Part shown: piece by piece, positions 12,787 to 24,100 of the stretch
How the letters are laid out: every line of letters starts with the position of its first letter
How positions within the stretch are numbered: the stretch's first letter is position 1
Assembly (NCBI GenBank): GCA_030390025.1
Contig: CM059432.1
Location: forward strand, 149,856,001-149,920,000
Reading direction: 5' to 3'
DNA length: 64,000 nucleotides
DNA from: Squalus acanthias
Lineage: Eukaryota
Program-made: the position numbers and the translations under genes
Notes under the pieces: generated by a model
The model's input: only the letters and a program-made list of their open reading frames with translations
The model's database searches: none
Told to the model about the DNA's origin: nothing

Positions 12787-13422
12787 AGGGGTGGATTCTG
12801 TCATCAGGCACTACCCGCAGGGAGCACATCACCAGAAGTTGCGGGCATTTCCTCCGACGCGCTCATCGCAGGAACCATTCCCCGCTGGGAATGCTGCATC
12901 GTGAAATCACTGGGCTGTTGTTTGTAACAATATTGTAGGAAAGCCGGCCACACAAAACAACACTACGAACAATCCGTAAAACAAAAGGTTAATCCTTGAA
13001 TTCTACCTCTAATAAAGAGAGGCTTTCCAAGAAAAATTCCAGAAGTTGGAGGGTTTCCAAAGAAGACTCCAGAAGATTGTGTGAAAGTTTCTAAAAAACA
13101 GGTTAAAAGAAGTTGCAAATAATTTTTAATGAAGTTCAGCAAAATGGAGAGAGAAGAGCCTGGAACGTCTGTGGGCATTGTCCTGACCTCCTGCCCCACG
13201 GGTGCTGCAAATGGCCACGTTCACCCACTTGAAATATTTAAATGCCCCCGACCCCAGGAAGTTTGTTCGGGGTCAGGAGCACAGTAAAGGCGGGCGGAAG
13301 CCCTTCCCTGCTGAGGATACAGCAAGACAGGAAATTCGGGGCCACTGTAAATGCAGAGTTGAATTGTTTTCTCAGATTGGGACTCCATTTGAACCCAGCA
13401 GCATTGCCTGTGAATCTGTCTC
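12787..13422. mobile_element. Probable Harbinger-type non-autonomous element
   Basis: Begins ggggtggattct; GC-rich subterminal blocks like the other MITEs here; right end uncertain. Confidence 0.4.
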
Positions 13423-13624
13423 TGTGCATCGAGCAGCAATAATCGGGTCCTGTGTTTTAACCTTTGATGTTAACAGACTCAACTCTTAAGAAACCTTTCG
13501 ATTACAGTCAGCTGTGCAACATTTGGAAGGAAGAATCTGGACTGAGTTGGACAAGATTATGTCATCCCTTCAATCCAGTGATCAGGCCTTCAATATAAGA
13601 ACAATCACAGGATAGTACAGCACA

Positions 13625-13815
13625 AAACATAAGAACATAAGACGTAGGATCAGGAGTCGGTCATTCGGCCCCTCGAGCCTGCTCCGCCATTCAATAAGAT
13701 CATGGCTGATCTGATCTTGGCCTCAACTCCACTTCCCTGCCCGCTCCCCATAACCCTTGACTCCCTTATCGTTCAAAAATCTGTCTATCTCCACCTTAAA
13801 TATATTCAATGACCC
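13625..13815 (-). mobile_element. CR1 3' UTR fragment
   Basis: Reverse complement of the CR1 tail (aacataagaacataag, cctgctccgccattcaataagatcatggctgatctga). Confidence 0.88.
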
Positions 13816-13973
13816 ATTGATTATGCGCCGGCTCTTTTGAAGAGCAATCCAGTTAGTCCCAATGACAATCAATCAATGACAGAGTCTAGTCACATGTAGA
13901 GTCAGTCAGTGTATGAAGCATTTCACCAGTAACCCTTCTACTGCTATAAACTGGAGACATAGAGGCCTAGAAA

Positions 13974-14388
13974 GGGTGAACGGTAGCATAGTGGTTATGT
14001 TACTGGACTAGTAATCCAGTGGCCTGGACTAATGATCTAGAGCATATGAGTTCAAATCTCCACCACAGCACCTGGTGAAATATAAAATCAGTCAATTAAA
14101 AAAAAAAGTTAGTATCAGTAATAATGACCGTGTAACTACCGGATTGTCGTAAAAACCCATCTGGTTCACTAATGTCCCATAGTAATGTGGTTGATGCTTA
14201 ACTGCCCTCTGAAATTGCCTAGCAAGGCACTTAGTTGTACCAAGAACAGCTACAAAGAAGTATCACCACATGGACTGCAGCGGTTCAAGAAGGTGGCTCA
14301 CCACCACCTTCTCAAGGGCAAGTAGGGAATGGGCAATAAATGCTGGCCTCGCCAGTGACACCCACAACTCCTGAATGAATTAAAAAAA
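13974..14388 (+). mobile_element. tRNA-derived SINE whose 3' tail comes from the LINE at 15078-16315
   Basis: A-box tagcatagtgg, B-box gagttcaaatc, core, then ~120 bp matching 16193-16315, ending in an A-run. Confidence 0.85.
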
Positions 14389-15072
14389 CACAACACTGAC
14401 TGACACACTTCCTTTCTCTTACAGGAAAAGGTGGTGCATAACTGGCTGGGGACATTCTCGCCTGCATCACCTCACCCCCACAGAGAAGACAGTTCATGCC
14501 CATTGAGTTTGCAGCAGCAGGGCTGAAAGAATACAAGTTCCCAGTTTCCCATTTCCCCCTCATCCCACAATCTCTTCTGATTTACACACACCTCTTGCTT
14601 ACCCCACAACCCTGTACTAGTGCCTTTCTCGTTTCAGACACACAAGAAATCCAGCCTGCCCAGCCAGTGAGTGTCCACAAAGAGCGGGAGCGGGGACGGG
14701 GAGTAAAGAAGAAACACCATCACTCAATTTCACACTCCCAGCCATCTGCTCAGATACAGACACTCCGTGTACTATAGGCTAGACAGACGCGAGATCTGCA
14801 TGTGGTGAGACATCAGGGCAGGGGAAAAGAGTAGTGCAGGTGTCAGTTCCCCAGAGGGCGAGGTCGTACATGGGTTCTGCTGCAGAAGACTTTGATGGGG
14901 CAGCTTACAGAAGAACGCTGATGGGTATGCACAACGAAATGCTTGGTGCATTGGCAGGCCAGCCTGAATGCAATGTCAAAGAACATGGAGGAGTCCAGTT
15001 CCAGCCTTGGAGAGAGCTTGGAGACCATCCTTTTCAGCATGGAAGGGGTTGGAAGATCCATTAATGCACTTG
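14389..15072 (+). pseudogene. Fragment of a Harbinger Myb/SANT partner gene (exon 2 and part of exon 3)
   Basis: Homologous to 28850-31030: acceptor ctttctcttacag|gaaaaggtggtgcataac, acceptor gtttcag|acacacaagaaatcc, and SAAEDFDGAAYRRTLMGMHNEML. Confidence 0.8.
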
Positions 15073-15077
15073 GTGCT

Positions 15078-16315
15078 CAGTTTGGGTTTCGCCAGGACCA
15101 CTTGGCCCCAGACCTCATTACAGACTTGGTCCAAACATGGACAAATGAGCTGAATTCCAGAGGTGAGCTAAGAGTGACTGTCCTTGATATCAAGGCAGCA
15201 TTTGACCAAGTGTGGCATCAAGGAGCCCTAGTAAAACTGAAGTCAATGGGAATCAGTGAGAAAACTCTCCACTGGCTGGAGTCATACCAAGCACAAAGGA
15301 AGGTGGTTGGAGGTCAATCATCTCAGTCCCAGGACATCGCTGCAGGAGTTCCTCAGGGCAGTGTCCTAGGCTCAACCATCTTCAGCTGCTTCATCGATGA
15401 CCTTCCCTCCAACATAAGGTCAGAAATGGGGATGTTCGCTGATAATTGCACAGTGTTCAGTTCCATTCACAACTCCTCAGATAATGAAGCAGTCCATGCC
15501 TGCATACAGCAAGACCTGGACGACATTCAGGCTTGGGCTGATAAGTTTCAAGTCACACAAGTGCCAGGCAATGACTAGCTCTAAAAGACAGTCTAACCAC
15601 TGTTCCTTGACATTCAATGGCATTACCATCTCTGAATCCCCCACCATCAACATCCTGGGGGTCACCATTGACCAGAAACTTAACTGGACCAGCCACATAA
15701 ATACTGTGGCCACAAGAGCAGGTCAGAGACTGGGTATTCTGCGGCGAGTGATTCACCTCCTGACTCCCCAAAGCCTTTCCACCATCTACAAGGCACAAGT
15801 CAGGAGTGTGATGGAATACTCTCCACTTTCTTGGATGAGTGCAGCTCCAACAACACTCAAGAAGCTCGACACCATCCAGGACAAAGCAGCCCGCTTGATT
15901 GGCACCCCATCCACCACCTTAAACATTCACTCCCTCCACCACCGGCGCACCGTGGCTGCAGAGCGTACCATCTACAAGATGCACTGCAGCAACTCGCCAA
16001 GGCTTCTTTGACAGCACCTCCCAAACCTGCAACCTAGAAGGACAAGAGCAGCAGACGCATGGGAGCACCAGCACCTGCAAGTTCCCCTCCAAGTCACACA
16101 CCTTCCTGACTTGAAAATATATCGGCTGTTCCTTCATCGTCACTGGGTCAAAATCCTGGAACTCCCTCCCTAACAGCACTGTGGGAGCACCTTCACCACA
16201 CGGACTGCAGCGGTTCAAGAAGGCGGCTCACCACCACCTTCTCGAGGGCAAGTAGGAATGGGCAATAAATGCTGGCCTTGCCAGCGATGCCTACATCCCG
16301 TGAATGAAAAAAAAA
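15078..16315 (+). mobile_element. 5'-truncated non-LTR retrotransposon of the CR1/L2 superclade (distinct from CR1 and L2 here; exact clade not determined)
   Basis: QFGFRQDH..., [37 protein letters not shown]; 3' end gggcaataaatgctggcc...A-run. Confidence 0.88.
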
Positions 16316-16514
16316 GTAACACAGGCTCTACCAACATGAGCCTAGAGAAACTTACTCCTAATTGATGCATGATAAAGGGTTCTTTGGAGATGTCTTCTTA
16401 TCTTGTCTCAATCACCCCTCCTTGGTGATTCGCTTGGCAACCTGGTTGACTCTGAGAACTGAACATGTGGAGAATGAAAAAGATGACCTGTGTCTTACTA
16501 TTCTGTCACACAAT

Positions 16515-16700
16515 GGGGTAGATTTTCAAATTGCCGCCCTGGTATAAAATTGGCGTTGTGGATCAGACGCGCCTTGTAGACAGCGCCCAATTCTCATCCT
16601 ATTTATTTCAGTGGAAATAGAAAATTGGGTGGTTTTTGTAACGGGCAGCTGATCTGAAACGCCACTTTTACACCCGGGCAGAAAGTTGAAAGCTTACCCC
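16515..16700. mobile_element. Harbinger-type MITE
   Basis: TIRs ggggtagattttcaa / ttgaaagcttacccc; 3-bp TSD AAT (16512-16514, 16701-16703). Confidence 0.75.
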
Positions 16701-16809
16701 AATGTGTTACTGTACTAATGTGGTACATTGTTCGCACACCATCATCTTGTTCTTTACAAAATACTTTCTTCATTTACAAGCATTTGGCTGCAATACAAAG
16801 AAGAGGAAG

Positions 16810-17395
16810 TTATACTTCAGTTGCATACAGCCTCGTTCAGTCCCCCATCTGGAGTGCTGCGAGCATTTCTGGGCACCGCATCTCAGGAAGGAGATACTGG
16901 CCTTGGAGGAGGTGCAGCGCAGACTCACCAAAATCACACCGAGGTTTAGACGGTTAAATTACGAGGACCCAGTTAAATAAACTTGGCTTGTATTCGCTTC
17001 AGTATAGAAGATTGAGGGGTGATCTGATCAACGTGTTTAAAACGTTAAAAGGATTCGATACGGTTGATATGGAGAAACGATTACCTCCGGTGGGGGGATT
17101 AAGAACAAGGGGATATAATCTTAAAATTAGAGCCAGGCCATTCTGGTACGAAATCAGGGAGCACTTTTTCACACAAAGGGTAGTAGACATTTGGATCTCT
17201 CCCCAAAAGGCTGTGGGTGCTGGGACAATTGGAGCTTTCAAGACTGAGATCGATAGATTTTTGTTAGGTCAGGGTATCAAGCGATATGGAGCAAATGCAG
17301 GAAAATGGAGTTGAGGCACAGATCAGCCATCATCTAATTGAATAGTGGAGCAGATTCAAGGGGCTAAATGGCCTCCTCCTGTTCCTAATGTTCCT
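16810..17395 (+). mobile_element. Older CR1 3' fragment
   Basis: PHLECCEHFWAPHLRKEILALEEVQRR, YSLQYRRLRGDLINVFK, 3' UTR. Confidence 0.88.
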
Positions 17396-17959
17396 GAGAA
17401 TTTTTCATTACTAACATAAATGGCTGCAAAACCACAGTTCGATAATGACTCCAAATTGTAACACACATATTTCCATAGCCCAATCCAAACCTGGTTCAGT
17501 GATTGATAGTAAAATAGTTGTTACATTTATTCTGGAAGTGTGGAGTAAACATCTATTTTGGGATGTTTCTGTTCATACATGTATATGCAAGAACAATTAT
17601 ACCTCCAAAAGCACATAGAGAAAGAAAATGATATTGCAGCAGTTCAAATCATGTGGTAATGCATCAGTGAACAGATCAAAGTGGTTCATGTATGCAGAGA
17701 GTAATTAATATTGCACAATGTTACTACAATGAAGGTTTTGTCGGTCACATTTTTAGCTGTACATATGCCTCGAATTAGTGATTTGTCAAAAGGCTAATTT
17801 AGCTCTGCTTTTTTAATCCTCTCTTAGGTGGTAAAAGAACAGTTTAGCAGCACAAAGGATTCCTAGAGAGGAAGAAATAAATTGCATTTACATCGCAGCT
17901 TTCATGTCCTCAGCATGTCCCAAAGAGCTTCACAGCCAATGAATTACTTTTTAAATATA

Positions 17960-18629
17960 AAAATGAGAAGTCGCACAACACCAGGTTATAGTCCAACAGT
18001 TTTATTTGAAATCACGAGCTTTCGGAGCGCTGCTCCTTCGTCAGGTAAAGTGAAGGAATACAAATCAGCAGAGCATATATAGACAGAGAACAATGTGTAG
18101 CGTACAATGTCAGACGACTACAGTAAACATTTCTGACTGCCCTCCATCACACCTCGGCAGAGATACAATCAGGCCAGTCAGGAAGGCATTACATCAAAGA
18201 CACAGCAAAATACAGCTAAGACAATGAGGTGGGGTCACAGGGGGTCCAACGTGTCAAATGCTGCAGTCTGTATGGTTAAGCTTTTTACTTTTTTTAAAAA
18301 CTGGAAATCACATCTGTGAACAAGCCAACGACGACTCGAGTCTGGATGACTCTACGTCATGTAGCGTGACATGAACCCAAGATCCCGGTTGAGGCCGTCC
18401 TCATGGGTGCGGAACTTGGCTATCAATTTCTGCTCGATGATTTTGCGTTGTCGTGTGTCTCGAAGGCTGCCTTGGAGAACGCTTACCCGCAGATCCGAGG
18501 CTGAATGTCCTTGACTGCTGAAGTGTTCCCCGACTGGGAGGTAACAATCCTGCCTGGCGATTGTTGCGCGGTGTCCGTTCATACGTTGTCGCAGTGTCTG
18601 CATGGTCTCGCCGATGTACCATGCTGTGG
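17960..18629 (-). mobile_element. Penelope-like element (family A), 5'-truncated: GIY-YIG endonuclease C-terminus plus 3' terminal region
   Basis: AWYIGETMQTLRQRMNGHR...VGEHFS...EQKLIAKFRTHEDGLNRD (GIY-YIG domain); 8-bp TSD TAAATATA at 17952-17959 and 18630-18637. Confidence 0.93.
18012..18048 (-). ncRNA. Minimal type I hammerhead ribozyme of PLE family A
   Basis: Minus strand: uuac CUGACGA a ggagc-agc-gcucc GAAA gCUC guga; intact core, 5-bp stem II, palindromic AGCU stem III, CUC cleavage triplet. Confidence 0.8.
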
Positions 18630-18705
18630 TAAATATAGTCACTGTTGTAATGTAGTCAAACATGGCAGCTAATTTGGACACAGTAAGGTCGTACAAGAAA
18701 CAGAG

Positions 18706-19480
18706 ATAAGTGAGGAGGACTGCAACAAGTTACAGGAGGATATTAATAAACTTTACAGAATGGGCATATAATTGGCAAATGAAGTTCAACACAGATAAAT
18801 GTGAGGTATTACATTTTGGTAGGAAGAATAGGGGAGGTCACTTATCACTTGGAGGGTGCGAGTCTAGGTGGGGTAGAGGAGCAAAGGGATATCGGAGTAC
18901 AAATACACAAATCACTAAAAGTTGTGACACAGGTTAGCAAGGCCATAAAAAAAGCAAACCAAGCACTCGGGTTTATTTCTAGAGGGATAGAATTGAAAAG
19001 TAGGGAGGTTATGCTAAATTTGTATCGAACCTTGGTTAGATCACACTTAGAGTACTGCGTACAGTTCTGGTCACCATATTATAAAAAGGATATAGAGGCA
19101 CTGGAGAGGGTGCAGAGAAGATTTACAAGGATGATACCAGAAATGCGAGGGTATACATATCAGGAAAGGATGAACAGGCTGGGTCTCTTTTCTCTTGAAA
19201 AAAGAAGGCTGAGGGGTGACCTAATAGAGGTCTTTAAAATTATGAAAAATTTTGATAGAGTAGATACAGAGAGAATGTTTCCACTTGTGGGGAAGAGCAT
19301 AACTAGAGGCCATCAATATAAGATAGTCACCAAGAAATCCAATAGGAAATTCAGAAGAAACTTCTTTACCCAGAGAGTGGTGAGAATGTGGAACTCACTA
19401 CCACAGGGAGTGGTTGAAGCAAATAGTATAGATGCATTTAAGGGGAGGCTAGACAAGCATATGAGGGAGAAGGGAATAGA
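18706..19480 (+). mobile_element. CR1 3' fragment lacking its 3' UTR
   Basis: ORF 18801-19487 is the RT C-terminal region; same subfamily as 29193-30549; cut at gggaatagag. Confidence 0.92.
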
Positions 19481-19486
19481 GTCATA

Positions 19487-20379
19487 GGGGGAGAAATTCA
19501 GTATCGCCCCATTTGGGGCGCAATTATCGGCCAGGCGCAAAGATTAGCGCCTGTCGCTAATTATCGCCACCGACTGCAAACTTGACTTTTATCGCCCCTG
19601 GAGGTGATTGCAGCGCTATATCAGGTGCTTCACACCTGTCTTAAGGCGCAAAGGCCGAGGAGCGAGACGCTACCTCAGAGCGCTGGCGAAGCTCATGTAA
19701 TGTCAGTCAGCAATGGAACACACACACAATGGCACGGGCCAGTTCTTAAAGGGGATGGTTAATCTTGCTTTCCATCCACATCCTGCTCATTGCAGCCTTG
19801 AATCTCGGCCTGGAGAGACCTGCACATCAAATGTGCTGGAAAGAACAATGGAGAGTACCAGGCAAAGAGCTCAGAGTGCAGCCCCCACAGTCTCTGCTAA
19901 ATCGATACAAGGAATGGCAAATCAAAATGAACCTGCAAAGTGCTGCTCAGTACCCAAAACTCCTTCACACAACGTTGAATCTCTCCAGAAGTCTCTCCCT
20001 CTCTCTCTCAGAATGCGTAGTTCAAAAATGGCACCAACAATAAAAGGCAGGAAGCGGTCACCTTTAAATAGCGCTCCCCCTTTCCCTTCATGACTGCAGA
20101 ACGCTCCCCTCAACCTGTCGTTGCTAGCGTCAGGCGGTAAGGCAGGGGGCGCCACTCAATATCCGCTCCGTGGCGATACCGGGGCGTTACGCACTCGAGT
20201 GACGTCATGATCTGCCGGCGCAGGAGATCGTGGCGGTAGTGTTTAGCGTCGCCGCAAAATGTCTAGTTAATTTCGCGAGCAGCGCAAACGTCACCGCACC
20301 TGGGCGCTAGATGCTTTGCGCCCCATTAGCGCCCTCTTAAAGCGCTAACGGGAGGCGCAACTAACTGAATTTTTCCCCC
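19487..20379. mobile_element. Complete Harbinger-type non-autonomous element (~890 bp)
   Basis: TIRs GGGGGAGAAATTCAG / CTGAATTTTTCCCCC; 3-bp TSD ATA (19484-19486, 20380-20382). Confidence 0.88.
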
Positions 20380-20540
20380 ATAGAGTCATAACGGCACAGA
20401 AAGAGGCCATTTGGCCCATCGAGTCCGTGCCAGCTCTCTGTAGAGCAATCCAGTCAGTCCCATTACCTCGCTCTATCCCCGTAGCCCTGCAAGTTTATTT
20501 CCCTCAATTGCCTATCCAGTCTCCCCTTGAAAACATTGAG

Positions 20541-21084
20541 AGAAGACTGGAACGCTATTAATCGCTGTGGGGCTGGGGGGGGCGCTATTTAAAGGGGGCC
20601 TCTTCCTGTCTTTTATTGTTGGTGGCATTTTTGAACTATGCATTCTGAGAGAGAGAGGGAGAGACTTCTGGAGAGATTCAATGTTGTGTGAAGGAGTTTT
20701 GGTACTGAGCAGCACTTTGCAGGTTCATTTTGATTTGCCATTCCTTGTATCGATTTAGCAGAGACTGTGGGAGCTGCACTCTGAGCTCTTTGCCTGGTAC
20801 TCTCCATTGTTCTTTCCAGCACATTTGATGTGCAAGTCTCTCCAGGCCGAGATTCAAGGCTGCAATGAACAGGATGTGGATGGAAAGCAAGATTAACCAT
20901 CCCCTTTAAGAACTGGCCCGTGCCATTGTGTGTGTGTTCCATTGCTGACTGACATTACATGAGCTTCGCCAGCGCTCTGAGTTAGCACCTCACTCCTTGG
21001 CCTTTGCGCCTTAAGACAGGTGTGCAGCGTCTGATTTAGCGCTCCACTCACCTCCCGGGGCGGTAAAAGTGAAGTTTCCAGTCA
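20541..21084 (-). repeat. Inverted, TIR-less internal copy of the 19487-20379 element
   Basis: Reverse complement of ~19572-20100; ORF-track translations 19713-20093(+) and 20613-20942(-) are nearly identical. Confidence 0.9.
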
Positions 21085-21968
21085 GTCTCCGCTTCCACCA
21101 CTTCCGTCGGCAGCAAGTTCCAGGTCACCACTCGCTGCGTAAAAAAGTTTTTCCTCACGTCCCCCCTGTATCTCTTGCCCAAAACCTTAAATCTGTGCCC
21201 CCTAGTCCTTGTACCATCAACTAGTGGGAACAGCCTTTCCCCATCTAGCCTATCCAAACCCGTCATAATCTTGTACACCTCTATCAAATCACCCCTCAAC
21301 CTCCTTTGCTCTAATGAAAACAAATCCAGCTTCTCCAACCTGTCCTTGTAGCTAAGATCCCCCATCCCCGGAACCATTCTGGTAAATCTCCTCTGCACCC
21401 TCTCAAGGGCCTTCACATCCTTCCTAAAGTGTGGTGACCAGAACTGGACGCAATACTCCAGTTGTGGCCTAACCAGCGCTTTATAAAGGTTCAGCATAAC
21501 TTCTCTACTTTTGTACTCAATACCTCTATTTATGAAGCCCAAGATCCCATATGCTTTGTTAACCACTCTCTCAATATGTCCTGCCACCTTCAGGGTCCTA
21601 TGCACATTAACTCCCAGGTCCCTCTGTCCCTGCACACTCTTTAAAACTGTGCCATTAAGTGTATATTGCCTCTCCCTGTTCCTTCTGCCAAAATGCATCA
21701 CCTCACACTTCTCTGTATTAAATTCCATCTGCCACTTGTCTGCCCATTCTGCTAGCCTTTCTATGTCCTGATGCAGTCGATTGGTATCATCATCACTGTT
21801 TGCCACACCCCCAAGTTTGGTGTCATCAGCAAATTTAGAAAATCTATTTTGTATTCCAATATCCAGGTCATTTAAATATTTAAAAAAAGCAGTGGCCCCA
21901 GCACTGACCCTTGGGGAACACCACTGTCTACCATCCTCCAGTCTGAAAAACAGCCATTTACCACAACT

Positions 21969-23340
21969 GTGATATTCCTGGTGGCCGAGTGGCTCTCACT
22001 GTATGGGTGCTCAGCTGGTGTCTGGGGGTTTCTCAGGGGAGTCATGAGCCACGGCAGCAGAGGATATCCCTGGTCACCTAGCCAGCCATGCACATTGCAC
22101 TGGGGCTCAGAGATCTGTGGGGCGGATGACTGTCTCATTATAGACTCCTCGTGGCAGCTCCCTGGATAGCAGGCGTTCACCGGCATGATGCGCTGCCGGT
22201 GGCCGCAGACAAGCTGTACATTGAGGGAATGGAATCCCTTCCTGTTCCTGAACACCTGTGAGTTTAAATGAAGGACTCGCATGGCCACATGTGTACAGTC
22301 AATGGCTCCCTGGACCATGGGGAATCCCACAATCCTGTCGAATCCTAGAGCTCTCTGCCTCTGGTCTTCTCTGGCAATAGGGAATGAAATATAATCATTC
22401 CTCAAAGCGCATAGAGCCGCAGAGGCCTCCCTAATGCAGAATTACCCAGAGGATTGTGAGATGCGACTTATATCACCTGCGGCAGCCTGGAAGGTTCCAG
22501 TAGCATAAAAATTAAGCGCTACTGTGACCTTGACGGCCACAGGCAATGCAGTCCTGGCTGTGCTGGGTGGTCTGAGTCTTCATTCCATGAGGCCACAGAT
22601 CTCTGCGACGACATCCTTGGTAAAGTGCAGCCTCCTCATGCACTGGTCTTGGGTCATGTGAATGTCGGAGTTGTGCTCTCTGAAGACCCTGGGTGGATAG
22701 GGCCTCCTGCTGGGAATCCTCCTGTCCCTTCTGTCCCTCTCTCCTGCAGCATCTGGCGTTGCTCTGCCCGGCCTCATCTCCTCCTGCAGAGACAAGGTGA
22801 CCCCTAGCAGGATGCCCATGGCCAAGCACTCCCTATCTCCTGGTGACTCCTAGAAGGTGCCCAATAAAGTAGAGAAGCACTCACTCTCTTTAGGTGAAGT
22901 CCTGAGAGAATGTCCAGGAAAAATGTTGATAGAGTGTTGGTGAAGTCTTGACAAAGTGTCCCAAAAGGTCTTCCAATGTGTCTCAAATGCAGTGTAGTCA
23001 GTCGATCTCAATCAGCAAGTGGACAGTGAAAGCTGAGCATGGCTTTAAATAGCGCTCGAAATTCTCAGCAATGACGTGTTTACTCCTGTTCAGCTGGTCA
23101 CTGTTAGGACAGGTTGTTAAATGAAGCGTTCCCCACCAAAATGGCGTGCAGCCTCCTTAAATGAGCGCTAGCAGCCAATTTAATCGTAAATCAGCCCCTT
23201 AACAATCATCAGGCCGGCCGTTCATAGCGCGCTTCAACTCCTTTACCAAGATGGCGTCTTGCGCTAAATGCGGGCTAAACCGGCGTTGCAGCTTAAGACC
23301 CCATCTTGGTCACCTAAAGTATTCTGCAAAAATCGCCCCC
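21969..23340 (-). mobile_element. PIF/Harbinger transposon arm with a frameshifted DDE transposase pseudogene (HARBI1-like, DDE_Tnp_4 type)
   Basis: RRPYPPRVFR, GFPMVQGAIDCTHV, RNRKGFHSLNVQLVC, GWLGDQGYPLLPWLMTP; truncated by CR1 just before the catalytic Glu; terminus aaaaatcgccccc at ~23340. Confidence 0.9.
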
Positions 23341-23524
23341 CCCACCCGCCGAGTTACTTAGCCGCCAATGAGCTACCCGCATCCTCCCACCTCCCTACTG
23401 CGAGATGCCCATAACCACCTTCCCCATACGTTGAGTGTGCCGTGACCTCATACTGCCGCAGATGGGCGTGAAACTAGAGGCTTCCAATCGGAGAGCCACG
23501 GCAGTTCAAATCCCTCCCACTGAC

Positions 23525-24100
23525 TAGGCTGACACTCCAGTGCAGTACTGAGGGAGCGCCGCACTGTCGGAGGGGCAGTGCTGAGGGAGCGCCGCACTGT
23601 CGGAGGGGCAGTGCTGGGGGAGCGCCGCACTGTCGGAGGGGCAGTGCTGAGGGAGCGCCGCACTGTCGGAGGGGCAGTACAGAGGGAGCGCTGCACTGAC
23701 GGAGGGGCAGTACTGAGGGAGCGCCGCACTGTCGGAGGGGCAGTACAGAGAGAGTGCTGCACTGTCGGAGGTGCTGTCTTTCGGATGAGACGTTAAACCG
23801 AGGCCCCGTCTGCTCTCTCAGGTGGACGTAAAAGATCCCATGGCACTATTTCGAAGAAGAGCAAGGGAGTTCTCCCCGGTGTCCTGGCCAACATTTATCC
23901 CTCAATCAACATCACTAAAACAGATTATCTGGTCATTATCACATTGCTGTTTGTGGGAGCTTGCTGTGCACAAATTGGCTGCCACGTTTCCTACATTACA
24001 ACAGTGACTACACTTCAAAAACTACTTCATTGGCTGTAAAGCGCTTTGGGACGTCTGGTGGTCGTGAAAGACGCTATAGAAATGCAAGTCTTTCTTTCTT
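23525..24100 (+). mobile_element. DeuSINE (SacSINE1-like) with an internal minisatellite
   Basis: Core ctttcggatgagacgttaaaccgaggccccgtctgctctctcaggtggacgtaaaagatcccatggcact and L2-like tail ending gcaagtctttctttc; matches 44420-44870. Confidence 0.88.
23543..23775 (+). repeat. 33-bp tandem repeat, ~7 units
   Basis: Unit cagtactgagggagcgccgcactgtcggagggg; 11-aa periodicity in the ORF track. Confidence 0.95.

Larger units (their letters stand above)
17875..18705 (-). mobile_element. DeuSINE/L2-type SINE tail split by a Penelope insertion
   Basis: ttgcatttacatcgc...cacagccaatgaa before the insert and gtcactgttgtaatgtag...gcagctaatttg after it match the reverse complement of the 23960-24090 tail. 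Confidence 0.7.
19477..21968 (-). mobile_element. 5'-truncated CR1 interrupted twice (MITE in the tail; inverted MITE fragment at ~20541-21084)
   Basis: ORF 21048-21806 near-identical to 2068-2730; (gagtcata)n tail on both sides of the MITE; sequence breaks at aaaacattgaga|gtctccgc. Confidence 0.9.

Noticed and set aside
14943..15578. Myb-partner / RT chimeric ORF (211 aa)
   Set aside because: Read-through across a LINE insertion junction; both parts are decayed.
19713..20093. Duplicated small gene (also 20613-20942)
   Set aside because: MITE interior; the second copy is frameshifted and no domain is recognisable.
21872..22405. In-frame Harbinger DDE / CR1 RT fusion ORF (177 aa)
   Set aside because: It is a chance junction of two truncated elements; it lacks the catalytic Glu, has upstream frameshifts, and stops after ~30 RT residues.
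23448..23796. Repeat proteins or CRISPR-like array
   Set aside because: Head-to-tail 33-bp units with no unique spacers, in a eukaryotic SINE context.
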